Source: Verrucomicrobiota bacterium
GTDB lineage: Bacteria > Verrucomicrobiota > Verrucomicrobiia > Chthoniobacterales > JAFAMB01
Assembly (NCBI GenBank): GCA_019247695.1
Contig: JAFBAP010000159.1
Coordinates: 13,265 to 77,264 of the forward strand
Reading direction: 5' to 3'
Length of the DNA stretch: 64,000 nt
The notes under the pieces were generated by a model. The model saw nothing but the letters and a program-made list of their open reading frames with translations, ran no database searches and was not told the origin of the DNA. The position numbers and the translations under genes were made by a program. Positions 1 through 9,739 of this stretch are shown piece by piece. How positions within the stretch are numbered: the first letter of the stretch is position 1; the number at the start of each line of letters is the position of its first letter.

Positions 1-1
1 T

Positions 2-424
2 GCGGCCGGCGATGCGGGCGACGCACCGGGTCTGGGTCTGCTGCCGGTCCAAACGCGTTTTTGCCCGGAGAAAGAGGTCCGGCAGGTCGAGGCCGTGTGG
101 AAGGATTTTAGCTGGGCTGCGTACGAGATCCATATGGGCCGGACCGATGTGCCGGCCGGAACGGAAGCGCTTTTGCGGGTGCGCAACGGCGCCGGTTGGC
201 GCGAGGAGGGGATCCGGTGTGAAAACGTCTGGGGAACGTACCTGCACGGCGTTTTCGAATCGCCGGTTGTCCGGCGCGAGTTTGCCGCTCTGGCCGGGAT
301 TACGAACCATCGCGCAGCCGAGATGCCCTGGCGGACGCACCTGCTCCGCATTTACGACGGAATGGCGGATCTGCTTGAAGAGCACCTCAACCTGGAGGGC
401 ATCCGGCGGTATGTGGAGGCTTGA
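2..424 (+). CDS. cobQ: cobyric acid synthase CobQ/CbiP, C-terminal fragment (5' end outside the window)
   Basis: The frame is open from the window edge to the stop at 422-424. The translation 'ENVWGTYLHGVFESPVVRREFAALAGI' looks like the C-terminal end of the CobQ glutamine amidotransferase domain. The stop overlaps the cbiB start. Confidence 0.65.
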   Translation, partial: AAGDAGDAPGLGLLPVQTRFCPEKEVRQVEAVWKDFSWAAYEIHMGRTDVPAGTEALLRVRNGAGWREEGIRCENVWGTYLHGVFESPVVRREFAALAGITNHRAAEMPWRTHLLRIYDGMADLLEEHLNLEGIRRYVEA

Positions 425-1379
425 CCCGCTGCAGATCGGGTGTGCGATCGGGCTCGACGCGGCGTTGGGTGATCCACCCGGTTGGCCGCACCCGGCGCGC
501 GCTGCCGGCCGCCTGGCCGCTCTCCTGGAGCCCCCGCTGGCCCGTTGCCTGGGACGCAGCGTGTTTGCCGGCCTGATCTTTTGGCTCGGTGTGAACGGCG
601 CGATCCTTGCCGCCTTTGCCGCCATTCGCACAACGCTGAAACGCGTTCATCCGGCGGCGGCCTGGGTGTTCGAGGTGATTGTGGTATACCAGACGCTCGC
701 CGGGGCCGATCTGCAGCGGCACGTGCGGGCCGTCCTGCGTCCGCTGAAGGCCGGCGATCTGCCCGGGGCGCGCACCAAACTGGCGATGATCGTGGGCCGC
801 GACACGGAGCACCTTGATCAAAGCGAAGTCAGCCGCGCCGCCATGGAGAGCCTGGCGGAAAGCAGCAATGACGCGTTTGTCGCCCCGCTGTTCTGGGCCG
901 TGGCGGCAGGTGCTCCCGGCGCCCTCTGGTACCGCACGGTGAACACGCTTGATTCCATCGTCGGGCACCGCAATGAGCGCTACGAAGGATTCGGCAAGAT
1001 CTCCGCGCGCGCCGATGATGTGCTGAACTGGGTGCCCGCCCGGCTTTGCGCCCTCATTTCCGAATCGTCATGCGGCTTCCGCAACTGGAGAAGAATCTGC
1101 CGCGAAGCGGCTGCCCATGCCAGCCCTAACGCCGGGTGGAGCGAAGCGGCCGCCGCTTCCGCCCTGGATGTACGGTTGGGCGGCACGAATTTCTATGACG
1201 GTATTCCGCTGCCCGGACCCGTTTTCAATCCCGAAGGCTGCGTCCCCACTCCGGACACCCTGGCGCCGAGCCTGGACTGGTTCCGGGACGTTGCCGTCGT
1301 GGCATCCGGCGCCTTCCTGGGAGTCGCCGTGTGCCGGTGCCTCCTTATTAACCGTTCCGCCCCTTTTTATGATCGATGA
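411..1379 (+). CDS. cbiB: adenosylcobinamide-phosphate synthase CbiB/CobD
   Basis: The ATG at 411 lies inside the 12..1379 ORF. The product is a membrane protein with 'GDPPGWPHPARAAG', 'IVGRDTEHLD', 'ESLAESSNDAFVAPLFW' and 'NTLDSIVGHRN', all typical of the CobD/CbiB family. It overlaps cobQ by 14 nt. Confidence 0.85.
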   Translation: MWRLDPLQIGCAIGLDAALGDPPGWPHPARAAGRLAALLEPPLARCLGRSVFAGLIFWLGVNGAILAAFAAIRTTLKRVHPAAAWVFEVIVVYQTLAGADLQRHVRAVLRPLKAGDLPGARTKLAMIVGRDTEHLDQSEVSRAAMESLAESSNDAFVAPLFWAVAAGAPGALWYRTVNTLDSIVGHRNERYEGFGKISARADDVLNWVPARLCALISESSCGFRNWRRICREAAAHASPNAGWSEAAAASALDVRLGGTNFYDGIPLPGPVFNPEGCVPTPDTLAPSLDWFRDVAVVASGAFLGVAVCRCLLINRSAPFYDR

Positions 1380-2007
1380 TCCCCTTTCCGCCCCGGTAAC
1401 CCCCGACGTTGGTTCTGCCGCCGCCAATGCCACCGCCGCCGCTGCCGTCAGGAATCCGGCACGGCCGCGGCTCGCGCAGGGTGCTTTCCAGATTTATACG
1501 GGAGAAGGTAAAGGCAAGAGCACGGCATCAATGGGCCTGATGCTGCGCGCGCTCGGCTGCGGCTTCCGGGTTTATTACCTCCGAATGATGAAGCCGCGCT
1601 GGAAGACCGGTGAACTTGCCATTTGTCCGGGGCTGCACCCGAACCTGACGTATCGAAACGTCGAACAGGACTGGCTGCTCTCGAAGAGCAAACATATCCC
1701 GGAACACGTCGCGGCCATGACGGCGGCGCTCGCGCGCGAGATGGACGCGACCGAGGCGACGCTGGTCTCGGGCGAGTACGACCTGGTCATCCTCGATGAG
1801 ATTAATTATTGCCTCCACCGCAACCTGATTCCCCTTGAGCGCGCGATCGATCTCGTCGAAAAACGGCCGCCTCACGTCGAATTGGTTTTCACCGGCCGGT
1901 ACGCACCGGAAGAATTGATTGCCCGCGCCAGCGTCGTTACCGAGATGCGCAAGGTGAAACATCACTTCGACCAGGGCGTGAGGGCCCGGCGCGGAATCGA
2001 GTTCTGA
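1369..2007 (+). CDS. cobO: cob(I)yrinic acid a,c-diamide adenosyltransferase (CobO/BtuR type)
   Basis: The ATG at 1369 overlaps the cbiB end. P-loop 'IYTGEGKGKSTASMG', plus 'LVILDEINY' and C-terminal 'KHHFDQGVRARRGIEF'. Confidence 0.85.
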   Translation: MIDDPLSAPVTPDVGSAAANATAAAAVRNPARPRLAQGAFQIYTGEGKGKSTASMGLMLRALGCGFRVYYLRMMKPRWKTGELAICPGLHPNLTYRNVEQDWLLSKSKHIPEHVAAMTAALAREMDATEATLVSGEYDLVILDEINYCLHRNLIPLERAIDLVEKRPPHVELVFTGRYAPEELIARASVVTEMRKVKHHFDQGVRARRGIEF

Positions 2008-2013
2008 ATTGCC

Positions 2014-3387
2014 TTGAGCTTTATACAGACGATGGAGACTGCAGCGCCCCGTCCAGGCTTGATTCTCGCCGGTTTGCAAAGCGGCAACGGCAAGACTGCG
2101 GTCATGTGCATGCTGCTGGCGGCCTTGGTACGGCGCGGCGTACCGGTTCAACCGTTCAAAGCCGGGCCGGATTTCATCGACCCGGCTTACCACGCCCGTT
2201 ATGCCGGCCGGCCTTCGCGCAACCTTGATGCCTGGCTGATGGGGCCCGAGCGCCTCAAGCAGGAGGCAGCCACGCACGTATCCGGGCGGGTGGGAATCGT
2301 TGAAGGCGTGATGGGCCTCTTCGACGGCAGCGAGGCAACTTCAGACGCAGGCAGCACGATGGAAATCGCGCGCCTGCTGGGCTGGCCGGTTGTCCTCATC
2401 GTACCCTGCGCCAAAGCCGGGCGATCCCTCGCGGCTGCGTTGCGCGGCTTTGCCGCTGAAGCCGGAGCCGGCTGGATTTGCGGGGTCATCCTCAATCAAG
2501 TCAGCGGTGAATCGCACGCGGAGTACTTGCGGGAAGCAATTGCGCCGTTACGGCTTCCCGTCCTCGGGGTAGTGCCGCGCGACGCCACCTTGCAATGGCC
2601 GGAGCGCCACCTTGGGCTGCAGGCAAACCAGGAACTGGCGTTGCCCGGATCGGACGAACTCGCCGGGATGGCGGAGCGGTTCCTCGATCTCCCGGCCTTG
2701 ATGCAGATGCTCGCGCCCGCCGGCCGCGTCCGGGAAGGCGACACCGTCCCAGGGGTATCTTTCCGGCACTGGCGCCTGGCCGTGGCACGCGATGAGGCGT
2801 TCCACTTTTATTATGAATCCAATCTCGACTACCTGCGACAACGAGGCGCGGAACTAGTCAGTTTCTCACCGTTGCATGATCAAACCTTACCCGGGCAGAT
2901 TGACGCAGTCATGCTCGGCGGCGGTTTTCCCGAATGCTTTGCGGATCGGCTTTCGGCGAACGCGGCACTCCGGACGGAACTGCGTGAGGCGTTAAGCGCA
3001 GGGCTGGCCTGCTACGCCGAGTGCGGCGGGCTGATGTTTCTGTCGGAAAACCTCATCGCATCCGACGGGCAACGCTTTCCGATGGTCGGAGCACTCCCGG
3101 GTCAGGTCGAGATGACGGACCGGTTGCAACATTTCGGGTACTGTCGCACCTCAAATCTCGCCGGCGTACGTAAGGTTGCCTTCCATGGGCACGAATTCCA
3201 TCATTCCCGTTGGCGTGCGGAATCCGAACGCGCGAACCTTTGGGAGGTTACCCGAAAGCGCAACGCACAATGCCGATGGGAAGGATTTTCTTCCGGCCGC
3301 CTGCACGCCTCTTACGTTCACCTTTATTTCCCGGGAAGCGAACCGGTTCTGGAGCGCCTGTTCCCTTTCGGAAGGGAGGGGGTATGA
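2014..3387 (+). CDS. cbiA: cobyrinic acid a,c-diamide synthase CbiA/CobB
   Basis: 'GNGKTAVMCMLLAAL' and 'FKAGPDFIDPAYH', with a C-terminal amidotransferase domain carrying 'YAECGGLMFL'. The start is TTG at 2014 or ATG at 2032. Confidence 0.85.
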   Translation: MSFIQTMETAAPRPGLILAGLQSGNGKTAVMCMLLAALVRRGVPVQPFKAGPDFIDPAYHARYAGRPSRNLDAWLMGPERLKQEAATHVSGRVGIVEGVMGLFDGSEATSDAGSTMEIARLLGWPVVLIVPCAKAGRSLAAALRGFAAEAGAGWICGVILNQVSGESHAEYLREAIAPLRLPVLGVVPRDATLQWPERHLGLQANQELALPGSDELAGMAERFLDLPALMQMLAPAGRVREGDTVPGVSFRHWRLAVARDEAFHFYYESNLDYLRQRGAELVSFSPLHDQTLPGQIDAVMLGGGFPECFADRLSANAALRTELREALSAGLACYAECGGLMFLSENLIASDGQRFPMVGALPGQVEMTDRLQHFGYCRTSNLAGVRKVAFHGHEFHHSRWRAESERANLWEVTRKRNAQCRWEGFSSGRLHASYVHLYFPGSEPVLERLFPFGREGV

Positions 3388-3832
3388 GGGACGGGTGGCG
3401 GGTGGCGTTCCGAGTTCGGGGTTCGGTCGCACAGCGGGCACAACGTAAGAGTTCACACGGCGAACACGGCGGGCCACGGCGAACACGGCGGGAAGAGGAA
3501 AGAGTTCGGAGTTCGGAGTTCGGGGCTCGGCGTTCGGAGCGGCAGCATGGGGGCCGGTTGCCGGTGTCAAGCTCCGGTTTCGTGGATTTTTTCTGCGTTC
3601 TTCTGCGTGTTCTGCGGATCATTTCGTTTTCCCGCCGGGTGAGCGTGCGCCTCGGGGGAGATCGGACCCGGTTCTACGACGCCTCCGAACCCCGAACTCC
3701 GAACTCCGAACCCCGAACTCTCTCCCCCTCTTCCCGCCGTGTTCGCCGTGGCCCGCCGTGTTCGCCGTGTGAACTCAGTCGTTGTGCCCGCCGTGTGACC
3801 GAACCCCGAACTCCACCCGCCGCCCCTTCTAA
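3388..3832. repeat. modular palindromic intergenic element (word-repeat family A) with ~150-nt inverted arms
   Basis: Left arm ~3393-3542 and right arm ~3682-3826 are reverse complements. The ~140-nt loop carries 'ttttttctgcgttcttctgcgtgttctgcgg' (3587-3617). The same modules recur at 39660-39950, 43165-43612 and 62484-62850. Confidence 0.9.
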
Positions 3833-3835
3833 CTC

Positions 3836-4516
3836 ATGATCACCTGTATCGGTGCCGGTCCCGGCAATCTCTCCTTCCTTACCCAGCGCGGGCGCGAACT
3901 CATCGAATCGGCCGAGGTCGTCGCCGGATTTGCGAGCGTGGTGGAACTGGTCAGGCCATTGGTCTGCTCTCAAACCGAGGTGATCACGATGGGCTACAAG
4001 GATCAGGTCATCAAACTCGCGGAAGTCGCCGAACGGCACCACGCCGGGAAACGCTGCGTGGCCGTGTTCATGGGAGACATCCACTTTTCCGGCTTCCAGT
4101 TCCTTGAACGGATCGAACGCGCGTGCGGGCATCCGGTCGAGACGGTGCCGGGCATCAGTTCCGCCCAGGTGCTTGCCTCGCGCGCCCGGGTCTGCTTCGA
4201 CGAAACCACCTTTCTAACCTTTCATCGCCGGGGCGACATCGTCCCGTTCCAACGCCACCTGGTCCATGCCCTCAAGGATGACCGTAACGCGATCGTCATT
4301 CCGCGTCCCTGGGATTTCATGCCCAAAGAGATCGCCGCATTTCTGCTTGCCGGCGGGATTGCGGGCGAGCACCCGGTGGAAGTCTGGGAACGGCTCACGC
4401 AGGCTGAAGCCGGCTGGCGCGGTGAACTCAAAGATTGCACCCGCGACTTCAGCGACATGAGCATCATGCTCATCCGCACCCTTTGCCCCATGCCCAGCCA
4501 GGTCCAGCCCGTATGA
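3836..4516 (+). CDS. cbiE: cobalt-precorrin-7 (C5)-methyltransferase CbiE (CobL N-domain type)
   Basis: Tetrapyrrole methylase fold with '[15 protein letters not shown]', '[12 protein letters not shown]' and 'VPGISSAQ'. The stop overlaps the next ATG (ATGA at 4513-4516). Confidence 0.75.
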   Translation: MITCIGAGPGNLSFLTQRGRELIESAEVVAGFASVVELVRPLVCSQTEVITMGYKDQVIKLAEVAERHHAGKRCVAVFMGDIHFSGFQFLERIERACGHPVETVPGISSAQVLASRARVCFDETTFLTFHRRGDIVPFQRHLVHALKDDRNAIVIPRPWDFMPKEIAAFLLAGGIAGEHPVEVWERLTQAEAGWRGELKDCTRDFSDMSIMLIRTLCPMPSQVQPV

Positions 4517-6087
4517 CGACGACCGCAAAAGCCGATTACGGTATCGTGATCGCCGGCCACGGCAGCCGCGATCCCGAAGGCGTGCTCGATTTCGAGGGGC
4601 TCGTCCGCCTGATCAAACGACGCGTGCCCGGGCAACAGCACGTTACCCATGGGTACCTCGAGTTTGCCCGGCCGACGATCGCGGAAGCAGTCCGGGCCAA
4701 CATCGCCGCCGGTTCACGCAAGCTGAGCATCGTGCCGGCGGTGCTCCTGGCGGCGACTCACGCCAAGAATGATCTGCCCAGCGAAGTACTCGCCCTCCGG
4801 CGTGAATTCCCGGAAGTCGGGATTCATTATGGCGCACCCCTGCACCTGCACCCGCTGGTCCTGCGGCTCTTTCGGGAACGGATCATCCAGGCCGAAGCGC
4901 AAAGCTCCTCGGTCGTTAAACGCGCCGAAACGTGTCTGGTGGTGGTTGGCCGCGGCACCACCGATCCGGACGCAAATTCAGACGTGTCAAAGCTGGCCCG
5001 CATGCTCGAGGAAGGGCTCGGTCTCGGTGCGTCGTTCGTCTGCTATGCCGGAACGGCGCGCCCGTCGGTCGCCGAAGGACTTCGGCTGGCGGCTCGACTC
5101 GGCCTTCCGAGGATCGTGGTAGCCCCGTTCCTGCTGTTTACCGGGGTGTTGTTGAAGCGGGTCCACGCGGCGGCGGACGAATTGGCGCAGCGGTCCCGGG
5201 GCCACGAGGTGCTCAAATGCGATCCGCTGGGGGCCGATAGTCACCTGGCCGACGCGTTCCTGGAGCGGGCGGCGGAAAGCGTTGAAGGCATGGCGGCCAT
5301 GAATTGCAGCCTTTGCAAATACCGGGTGCAGATCATCGGGTACGAACAGGAAGTCGGAACGCCCCAGCGCGGGCACCATTTTCACGTGCGCGCCGGTGCC
5401 GCCGACGAGCGGCCCGAAAAAGCGGGCCCGCAATTTGAGCTGCACCCGATTGAACGGAAGAGCTTCGAAATCATCGCGGCGGCACGTGACTGGTCAACCT
5501 TTCCTGAAGCTGAACGCGACGTGCTGAAACGCCTCGTGCACACCACCGGCGATACCGGCATCGTGGAAGACGTGTTTATTTCTGCCGGCGCACTTGAGGC
5601 GGGTCTTCGCGCCCTGGCGAGGCGCTGCCCGATCGCCACGGACGTCACGATGGTACAAAGCGGGCTGCGCCGGACCCTGCTCGAGCGGTTTGGCATCGAG
5701 ACATTTTGCGCAGTCCACGACGAGGAAACCCGGCTGCTTGCTGCGGCGACAGGCTGCACCCGTTCAGCCGCGGGTATCCGCCGCGCCTGGGAAAGGTTCG
5801 GGAATGAGACCGTGCTGGCGATCGGTGACGCGCCCACGGCCGTGGAGGAAACCGTGCGCCTGGTCCGGGAACACCGTTGGCGTCCGCAACTCGTGATCGG
5901 GCTGCCGGTCGGGTTCGTCGGCACCCGCGAGTGCAAAGACCAACTCCGTCGCTGCGTGCATATCCCCCGGATCACGAACCGCGGCACCCGCGGCGGATCA
6001 CCCTGGGCTGCCGCCGTGGTGAACGCCTTGCTGATCCGGTTGGCCGCCACCAGGAACGGAGCGGAGAATCGAGCGGTAAACCGATGA
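4513..6087 (+). CDS. cbiX-cbiC: fusion protein: long-form sirohydrochlorin cobaltochelatase CbiX plus precorrin-8X methylmutase CbiC/CobH
   Basis: The N-terminal half has two CbiX repeats ('[12 protein letters not shown]', '[10 protein letters not shown]', '[15 protein letters not shown]') and a Cys motif 'MNCSLCKY'. The C-terminal ~210 aa carry '[10 protein letters not shown]', 'IGDAPTAV', '[10 protein letters not shown]' and '[13 protein letters not shown]', typical of CbiC. Confidence 0.8.
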   Translation: MTTTAKADYGIVIAGHGSRDPEGVLDFEGLVRLIKRRVPGQQHVTHGYLEFARPTIAEAVRANIAAGSRKLSIVPAVLLAATHAKNDLPSEVLALRREFPEVGIHYGAPLHLHPLVLRLFRERIIQAEAQSSSVVKRAETCLVVVGRGTTDPDANSDVSKLARMLEEGLGLGASFVCYAGTARPSVAEGLRLAARLGLPRIVVAPFLLFTGVLLKRVHAAADELAQRSRGHEVLKCDPLGADSHLADAFLERAAESVEGMAAMNCSLCKYRVQIIGYEQEVGTPQRGHHFHVRAGAADERPEKAGPQFELHPIERKSFEIIAAARDWSTFPEAERDVLKRLVHTTGDTGIVEDVFISAGALEAGLRALARRCPIATDVTMVQSGLRRTLLERFGIETFCAVHDEETRLLAAATGCTRSAAGIRRAWERFGNETVLAIGDAPTAVEETVRLVREHRWRPQLVIGLPVGFVGTRECKDQLRRCVHIPRITNRGTRGGSPWAAAVVNALLIRLAATRNGAENRAVNR

Positions 6088-7217
6088 AGGTGATGAACGC
6101 GCTCGATCTGTCCATCCTTGCCGAAAACGGGTTACGCCGCGGGTTCACCACCGGGTCCTGCGCGACGGCGGCGGTGAAAGCGGCGCTGTTGAAATTACTC
6201 TGCGGTGAGCTTACCGGGCGGGTAAACGTCACTTTGCCGGACGGCGAATTTTATCTGACGATTCCGATTGAAAGCGTGTACGACGAACCGGACGGCTGGG
6301 TGCGGGCAACCGTGATCAAGGACGCAGGCGACGATCCGGACCAGACCCATCGGGCCAGGATTTTTGCCCGTGTTCGATCCAATTCCAGCGGCCGGGTCAT
6401 CTTTCGGCGTGGCGAAGGCGTTGGGATCGTGACCCAGCCGGGCCTGGCGGTGCCGGTAGGCGAACCGGCTATCAATCCGGCCCCCCGGAAGATGATTTTG
6501 CGGGCGGTCCAGGAAGTGCTGGCCGAAGGCGATAGCATTGGCCCGTCAGGTTACGACGTTGAGATCGGTTGTGAAAATGGAGCCGAAATCGCCCGCCGCA
6601 CGTTTAACCCGCGTCTCGGGATCGAGGGCGGCATCTCGATCCTCGGCACCACCGGGGTCGTCGAGCCGAAATCAATGGCGGCCTTCAAAGCGTCGATCGA
6701 GACCTATATCCGCGTGGCGCTCGGGGATAACCCGCCCGAAATCGTGCTTGCGCCCGGAAACATCGGACAACGCTTCGCCCGCGCCACGCTTGATGCGCCG
6801 CTTAAGCGGGTCGTGCAGATGTCGAACTTCGTCGGGTTCGCCCTGGACTGCGTCGAGCGCACGCTCCTGGAAAACGGGCAACGGCTCCCCCGTCTGTGGA
6901 TCGTCGGGCACCCGGGCAAGCTCGCGAAGGTTCTTGACGGTGTTTGGGATACGCACTCGCAGCGGAGCGAGAGCGCGGTAAGGCCGGTTCGCCGGATCGC
7001 GGGGGCGTGCGGGTTCACCGCCGAAGAGTGCGCGCGTTTTCAGGCCTCAAGAACGGTGGAGGGAATCATCGAATCCCTGGCCGGTGACGAGCGGGCGCCC
7101 GCTTTCTGGCGCGAGGTTGAGACCCGGATCGCCGCCGCCATAGGCCCGAAGCTGTCCACGGTGGACCGCGTCTGCGTGCGGATTTTTACCCTGGACGGGA
7201 AGGAACTCGGAGGCTGA
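6084..7217 (+). CDS. cbiD: cobalt-precorrin-5B (C1)-methyltransferase CbiD
   Basis: ATGA overlap with the previous gene. 'LRRGFTTGSCATAAVKAA', 'VIKDAGDDPDQTH', 'GISILGTTGVVEP'. Confidence 0.85.
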   Translation: MKVMNALDLSILAENGLRRGFTTGSCATAAVKAALLKLLCGELTGRVNVTLPDGEFYLTIPIESVYDEPDGWVRATVIKDAGDDPDQTHRARIFARVRSNSSGRVIFRRGEGVGIVTQPGLAVPVGEPAINPAPRKMILRAVQEVLAEGDSIGPSGYDVEIGCENGAEIARRTFNPRLGIEGGISILGTTGVVEPKSMAAFKASIETYIRVALGDNPPEIVLAPGNIGQRFARATLDAPLKRVVQMSNFVGFALDCVERTLLENGQRLPRLWIVGHPGKLAKVLDGVWDTHSQRSESAVRPVRRIAGACGFTAEECARFQASRTVEGIIESLAGDERAPAFWREVETRIAAAIGPKLSTVDRVCVRIFTLDGKELGG

Positions 7218-7219
7218 CC

Positions 7220-7957
7220 ATGGAACACCTGGGCACATTTTATGGAATCGGCGTCGGGCCGGGCGAACCCGGGCTCATCACGCTGGCGGCGTGGGAAGCG
7301 TTGCAACGGTGCGACGTGATCTTCACTCCGCGCGCGCAATCCGCCTCTGCGTCCGCCGCTCGAAACTGCCTTCCGCCGCACGCGATCCCGGACAAACGGT
7401 TCCGCGAAATCGAGTTCCGCATGGACCCGGATCGCGAAGTCTTGCGCGAATTTTATACGCTCCTGGCGGGGCAGATCGCGGCCGAACTGCGCGCCGGACG
7501 CAACGCCGGGTACCTGACGCTCGGCGACCCGCTCACCTACTCGACCTACGGTTACACGCTCGCAGCCCTTCGCGGCTGCCTGCCGCAACTCCGGCACCGG
7601 ACATTTCCCGGCATCACCAGTTATTGCGCGCTCGCCGCCGCGACCGACTGGCCCCTGGGCGAAGGCAAGGAACGGGTGCTGATCCTGCCGTGTCCCGAAT
7701 CGATGATCGAGCTGCGCCATGCCATTGAGGAAAATGACATCGTCGTGCTCATGAAGATCGGCGGGCGCCTGCCGTCGGTCCTGGAGCTCTTACGCCAACT
7801 GGGCATCGCCGAGCACTGCGCCTTCGGCCGGCATGTCGGCATGCAAAAGGAATTCATCGCCCGGCAGGCGCACGAACTCGAGGCCGTTTCCGAGAACCAC
7901 GGTTACCTTGCCACGATGCTGATCCGCAAAACGCCGCCGGTAAATCGCCATGCTTGA
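7220..7957 (+). CDS. cbiL: cobalt-factor II / precorrin-2 C20-methyltransferase CbiL/CobI
   Basis: 'FYGIGVGPGEPGLITL', 'YLTLGDPLTYSTY', 'FPGITSYCA'. Confidence 0.8.
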   Translation: MEHLGTFYGIGVGPGEPGLITLAAWEALQRCDVIFTPRAQSASASAARNCLPPHAIPDKRFREIEFRMDPDREVLREFYTLLAGQIAAELRAGRNAGYLTLGDPLTYSTYGYTLAALRGCLPQLRHRTFPGITSYCALAAATDWPLGEGKERVLILPCPESMIELRHAIEENDIVVLMKIGGRLPSVLELLRQLGIAEHCAFGRHVGMQKEFIARQAHELEAVSENHGYLATMLIRKTPPVNRHA

Positions 7958-8750
7958 ACCAAAGGTTCGTCCTGATCCGAAAGTCTATTTCATCGGCGCC
8001 GGTCCCGGCGCGGCGGATCTGATCACGATCCGCGGCGCGGAAATCCTGCGGCGGGTTCCGCTCGTGCTCTATGCGGGTTCGCTCGTCAGCCGCGACCTCC
8101 TGGTGCATTGCCGGCCGGACGCGGAAATCATCGACACGTCGCGCCTGACGCTCGACGAACAGGAGGCGCACTACGTGCGTGCGTCCGCCCAAGGCCTGGA
8201 GGTCGCCCGGCTGCATTCGGGTGATCCGTCGATTTATGGTGCGACGGCGGAACAAATGCGGCGCCTGGACCGGCTCGGGATCGAGTACGAAGTTGTTCCC
8301 GGCGTCTCTTCGTTCACCGCCGCCGCGGCCGTCCTGAAGGCGGAACTGACCAAGCCGCACGTCTCTCAAACCGTGATCCTCACCCGCACGGCGGGTCGGG
8401 CGTCCCCCGTACCGGAACGCGAGCTGCTCAACCTGCTCGCCGCTCACGGGGCGACGCTCTGCATTTTTCTATCCGGGGCAAAACTGCCCGCCGTAGTGCG
8501 CGAACTGGAGGGCAATTACCCGCCGGACACGCCGGTTGCCCTGGTGCAGAAGGCGACCTGGCCGCAACAGCGCGTTTACGAGGGAAAACTCGGTACCGTC
8601 CTGGAGTCAATCGACGAACAGGAGTGGCAGCTCTCGACCTTGATGATCGTGGGCGAGGTCCTTTCGCACGAGGCCATGCAGGAATCGCGCCTTTACTCGG
8701 CCGATTACGCGCACCGTTTCCGCGGGAAGAAACCACGGCAACCAAAATGA
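7950..8750 (+). CDS. cbiF: cobalt-precorrin-4 / precorrin-4 C11-methyltransferase CbiF/CobM
   Basis: 'VYFIGAGPGAADLITIRG', 'VLYAGSLV', 'RLHSGDPSIYGA', 'VPGVSSFTAAAA'. It overlaps cbiL by 8 nt. Confidence 0.85.
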   Translation: MLEPKVRPDPKVYFIGAGPGAADLITIRGAEILRRVPLVLYAGSLVSRDLLVHCRPDAEIIDTSRLTLDEQEAHYVRASAQGLEVARLHSGDPSIYGATAEQMRRLDRLGIEYEVVPGVSSFTAAAAVLKAELTKPHVSQTVILTRTAGRASPVPERELLNLLAAHGATLCIFLSGAKLPAVVRELEGNYPPDTPVALVQKATWPQQRVYEGKLGTVLESIDEQEWQLSTLMIVGEVLSHEAMQESRLYSADYAHRFRGKKPRQPK

Positions 8751-9559
8751 GTTCGACCGGTATCTGGATAGTCAGAGCTGAAGCCGAGGCGCTCGGCAGC
8801 CGCCTGGCCGCTGCGCTCGGCGCGCGGCTTTACCGGCCCCAGCCGGATGCAGGCGTCTCGAACCGGCTGCGGTTTGCGGGGGAGTTCCGAACGTGCCGTC
8901 AATGGGTATTGGTGATGGCCAGCGGCATTGCCGTGCGCTACCTGCAAGGACTCGCCTGCGACAAGCGCACCGACCCCGCCGTGGTGGTGCTCGATGAGGC
9001 CGCGCGATTTGCGGTTCCGCTCCTCTCCGGACACGAGGGAGGCGCAAACCGGCTGGCGTATGCCGTCGCCAATCTTACCGGCGCGATCCCGGTGATCACC
9101 ACTGCGACGGAAGCCTTGAAGCCGCTGATCGTCGGCCTGGGGTGCCGGCGCGGCGTTTCCGTTGAGCAGATCGATGAGGCCGTTAACGCCGGTCTGGCCC
9201 GGGCGCATCGATCCCTGGCCGAGGTGCGTGAACTGGCCACGCTCGATCTGAAAGCGGACGAACCCGCGCTGTGCGATTGGTGCCGGCGCTTCGACGTCCC
9301 CATGCGGATAATCGGCAAGAGCTCCATCCAGGCACGCCCGTGGGTGAACAAGCCATCCGCCTGGGTACAGGCCAACGCCGGCGTGGACGGCGTATGCGAA
9401 CCGTGCGCCCTGGTGGCGGCGGTTCGTGGCCGGCTCATTCTGCCGAAAACCGCATTTAACGGCGTTGCCGTCGCGATCGTCGATGACGGCTTTGAGGCCG
9501 GGTCCCTGATGCCGGTCTTACCCCTTCACCCAACTGCACTGCCGGATCCCGGAGTCTAA
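8747..9559 (+). CDS. cbiG: cobalt-precorrin-5A hydrolase CbiG
   Basis: ATGA overlap at 8747-8750. 'VPLLSGHEGGANRLA', 'IVGLGCRRG', 'LATLDLKADEP', 'GVDGVCEPCAL'. Confidence 0.75.
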   Translation: MSSTGIWIVRAEAEALGSRLAAALGARLYRPQPDAGVSNRLRFAGEFRTCRQWVLVMASGIAVRYLQGLACDKRTDPAVVVLDEAARFAVPLLSGHEGGANRLAYAVANLTGAIPVITTATEALKPLIVGLGCRRGVSVEQIDEAVNAGLARAHRSLAEVRELATLDLKADEPALCDWCRRFDVPMRIIGKSSIQARPWVNKPSAWVQANAGVDGVCEPCALVAAVRGRLILPKTAFNGVAVAIVDDGFEAGSLMPVLPLHPTALPDPGV

Positions 9560-9739
9560 CCGCATGAAGGTAAATCCCGCCCCGCAATCCCTCAGTTCAG
9601 GAGTTGACGCTACCCGCGCGCGTGGTTCGGAGACCGTCTTATGCCATTTAAACCGTTATTTCGGCAACATATCGGCTCAGGGGGCGCCGGCGTCGGATGA
9701 TGCTCCGCACCCTGGTGAATCGGTCTTAGACCCAACGGG

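Noticed and set aside
3210-3839. ORFs of 209 aa (+), 124 aa (3248..3622 -) and 139 aa (3151..3570 -) running through the cbiA-cbiE gap. Analogous ORFs occur at 39612..39923, 39707..39946, 43194..43691, 43285..43609, 62515..62808 and 62531..62956.
   Set aside because: They are translations of the word-repeat palindromes ('HGEHGGPRRTRREE', 'EPRTPNSEPRT' and so on). They are open on both strands simultaneously because of the inverted symmetry, are low in complexity, and their heptamer periodicity is incompatible with a conserved reading frame.
9565-9650. A possible cobalamin riboswitch: 'ggtaaatcccgccccgcaatcc', and B12-box-like 'ggttcggagaccgtc' or 'agttcaggagttgacgc'.
   Set aside because: The strings only partly resemble the conserved GGTGnnAAnCC...CCCGCnaCTG core and the AGYCMGGAGACCKGCC B12 box (about 11/16 matches, with the terminal GCC missing). 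I could not trace the expected paired stems. A covariance-model scan (Rfam RF00174) would be decisive.
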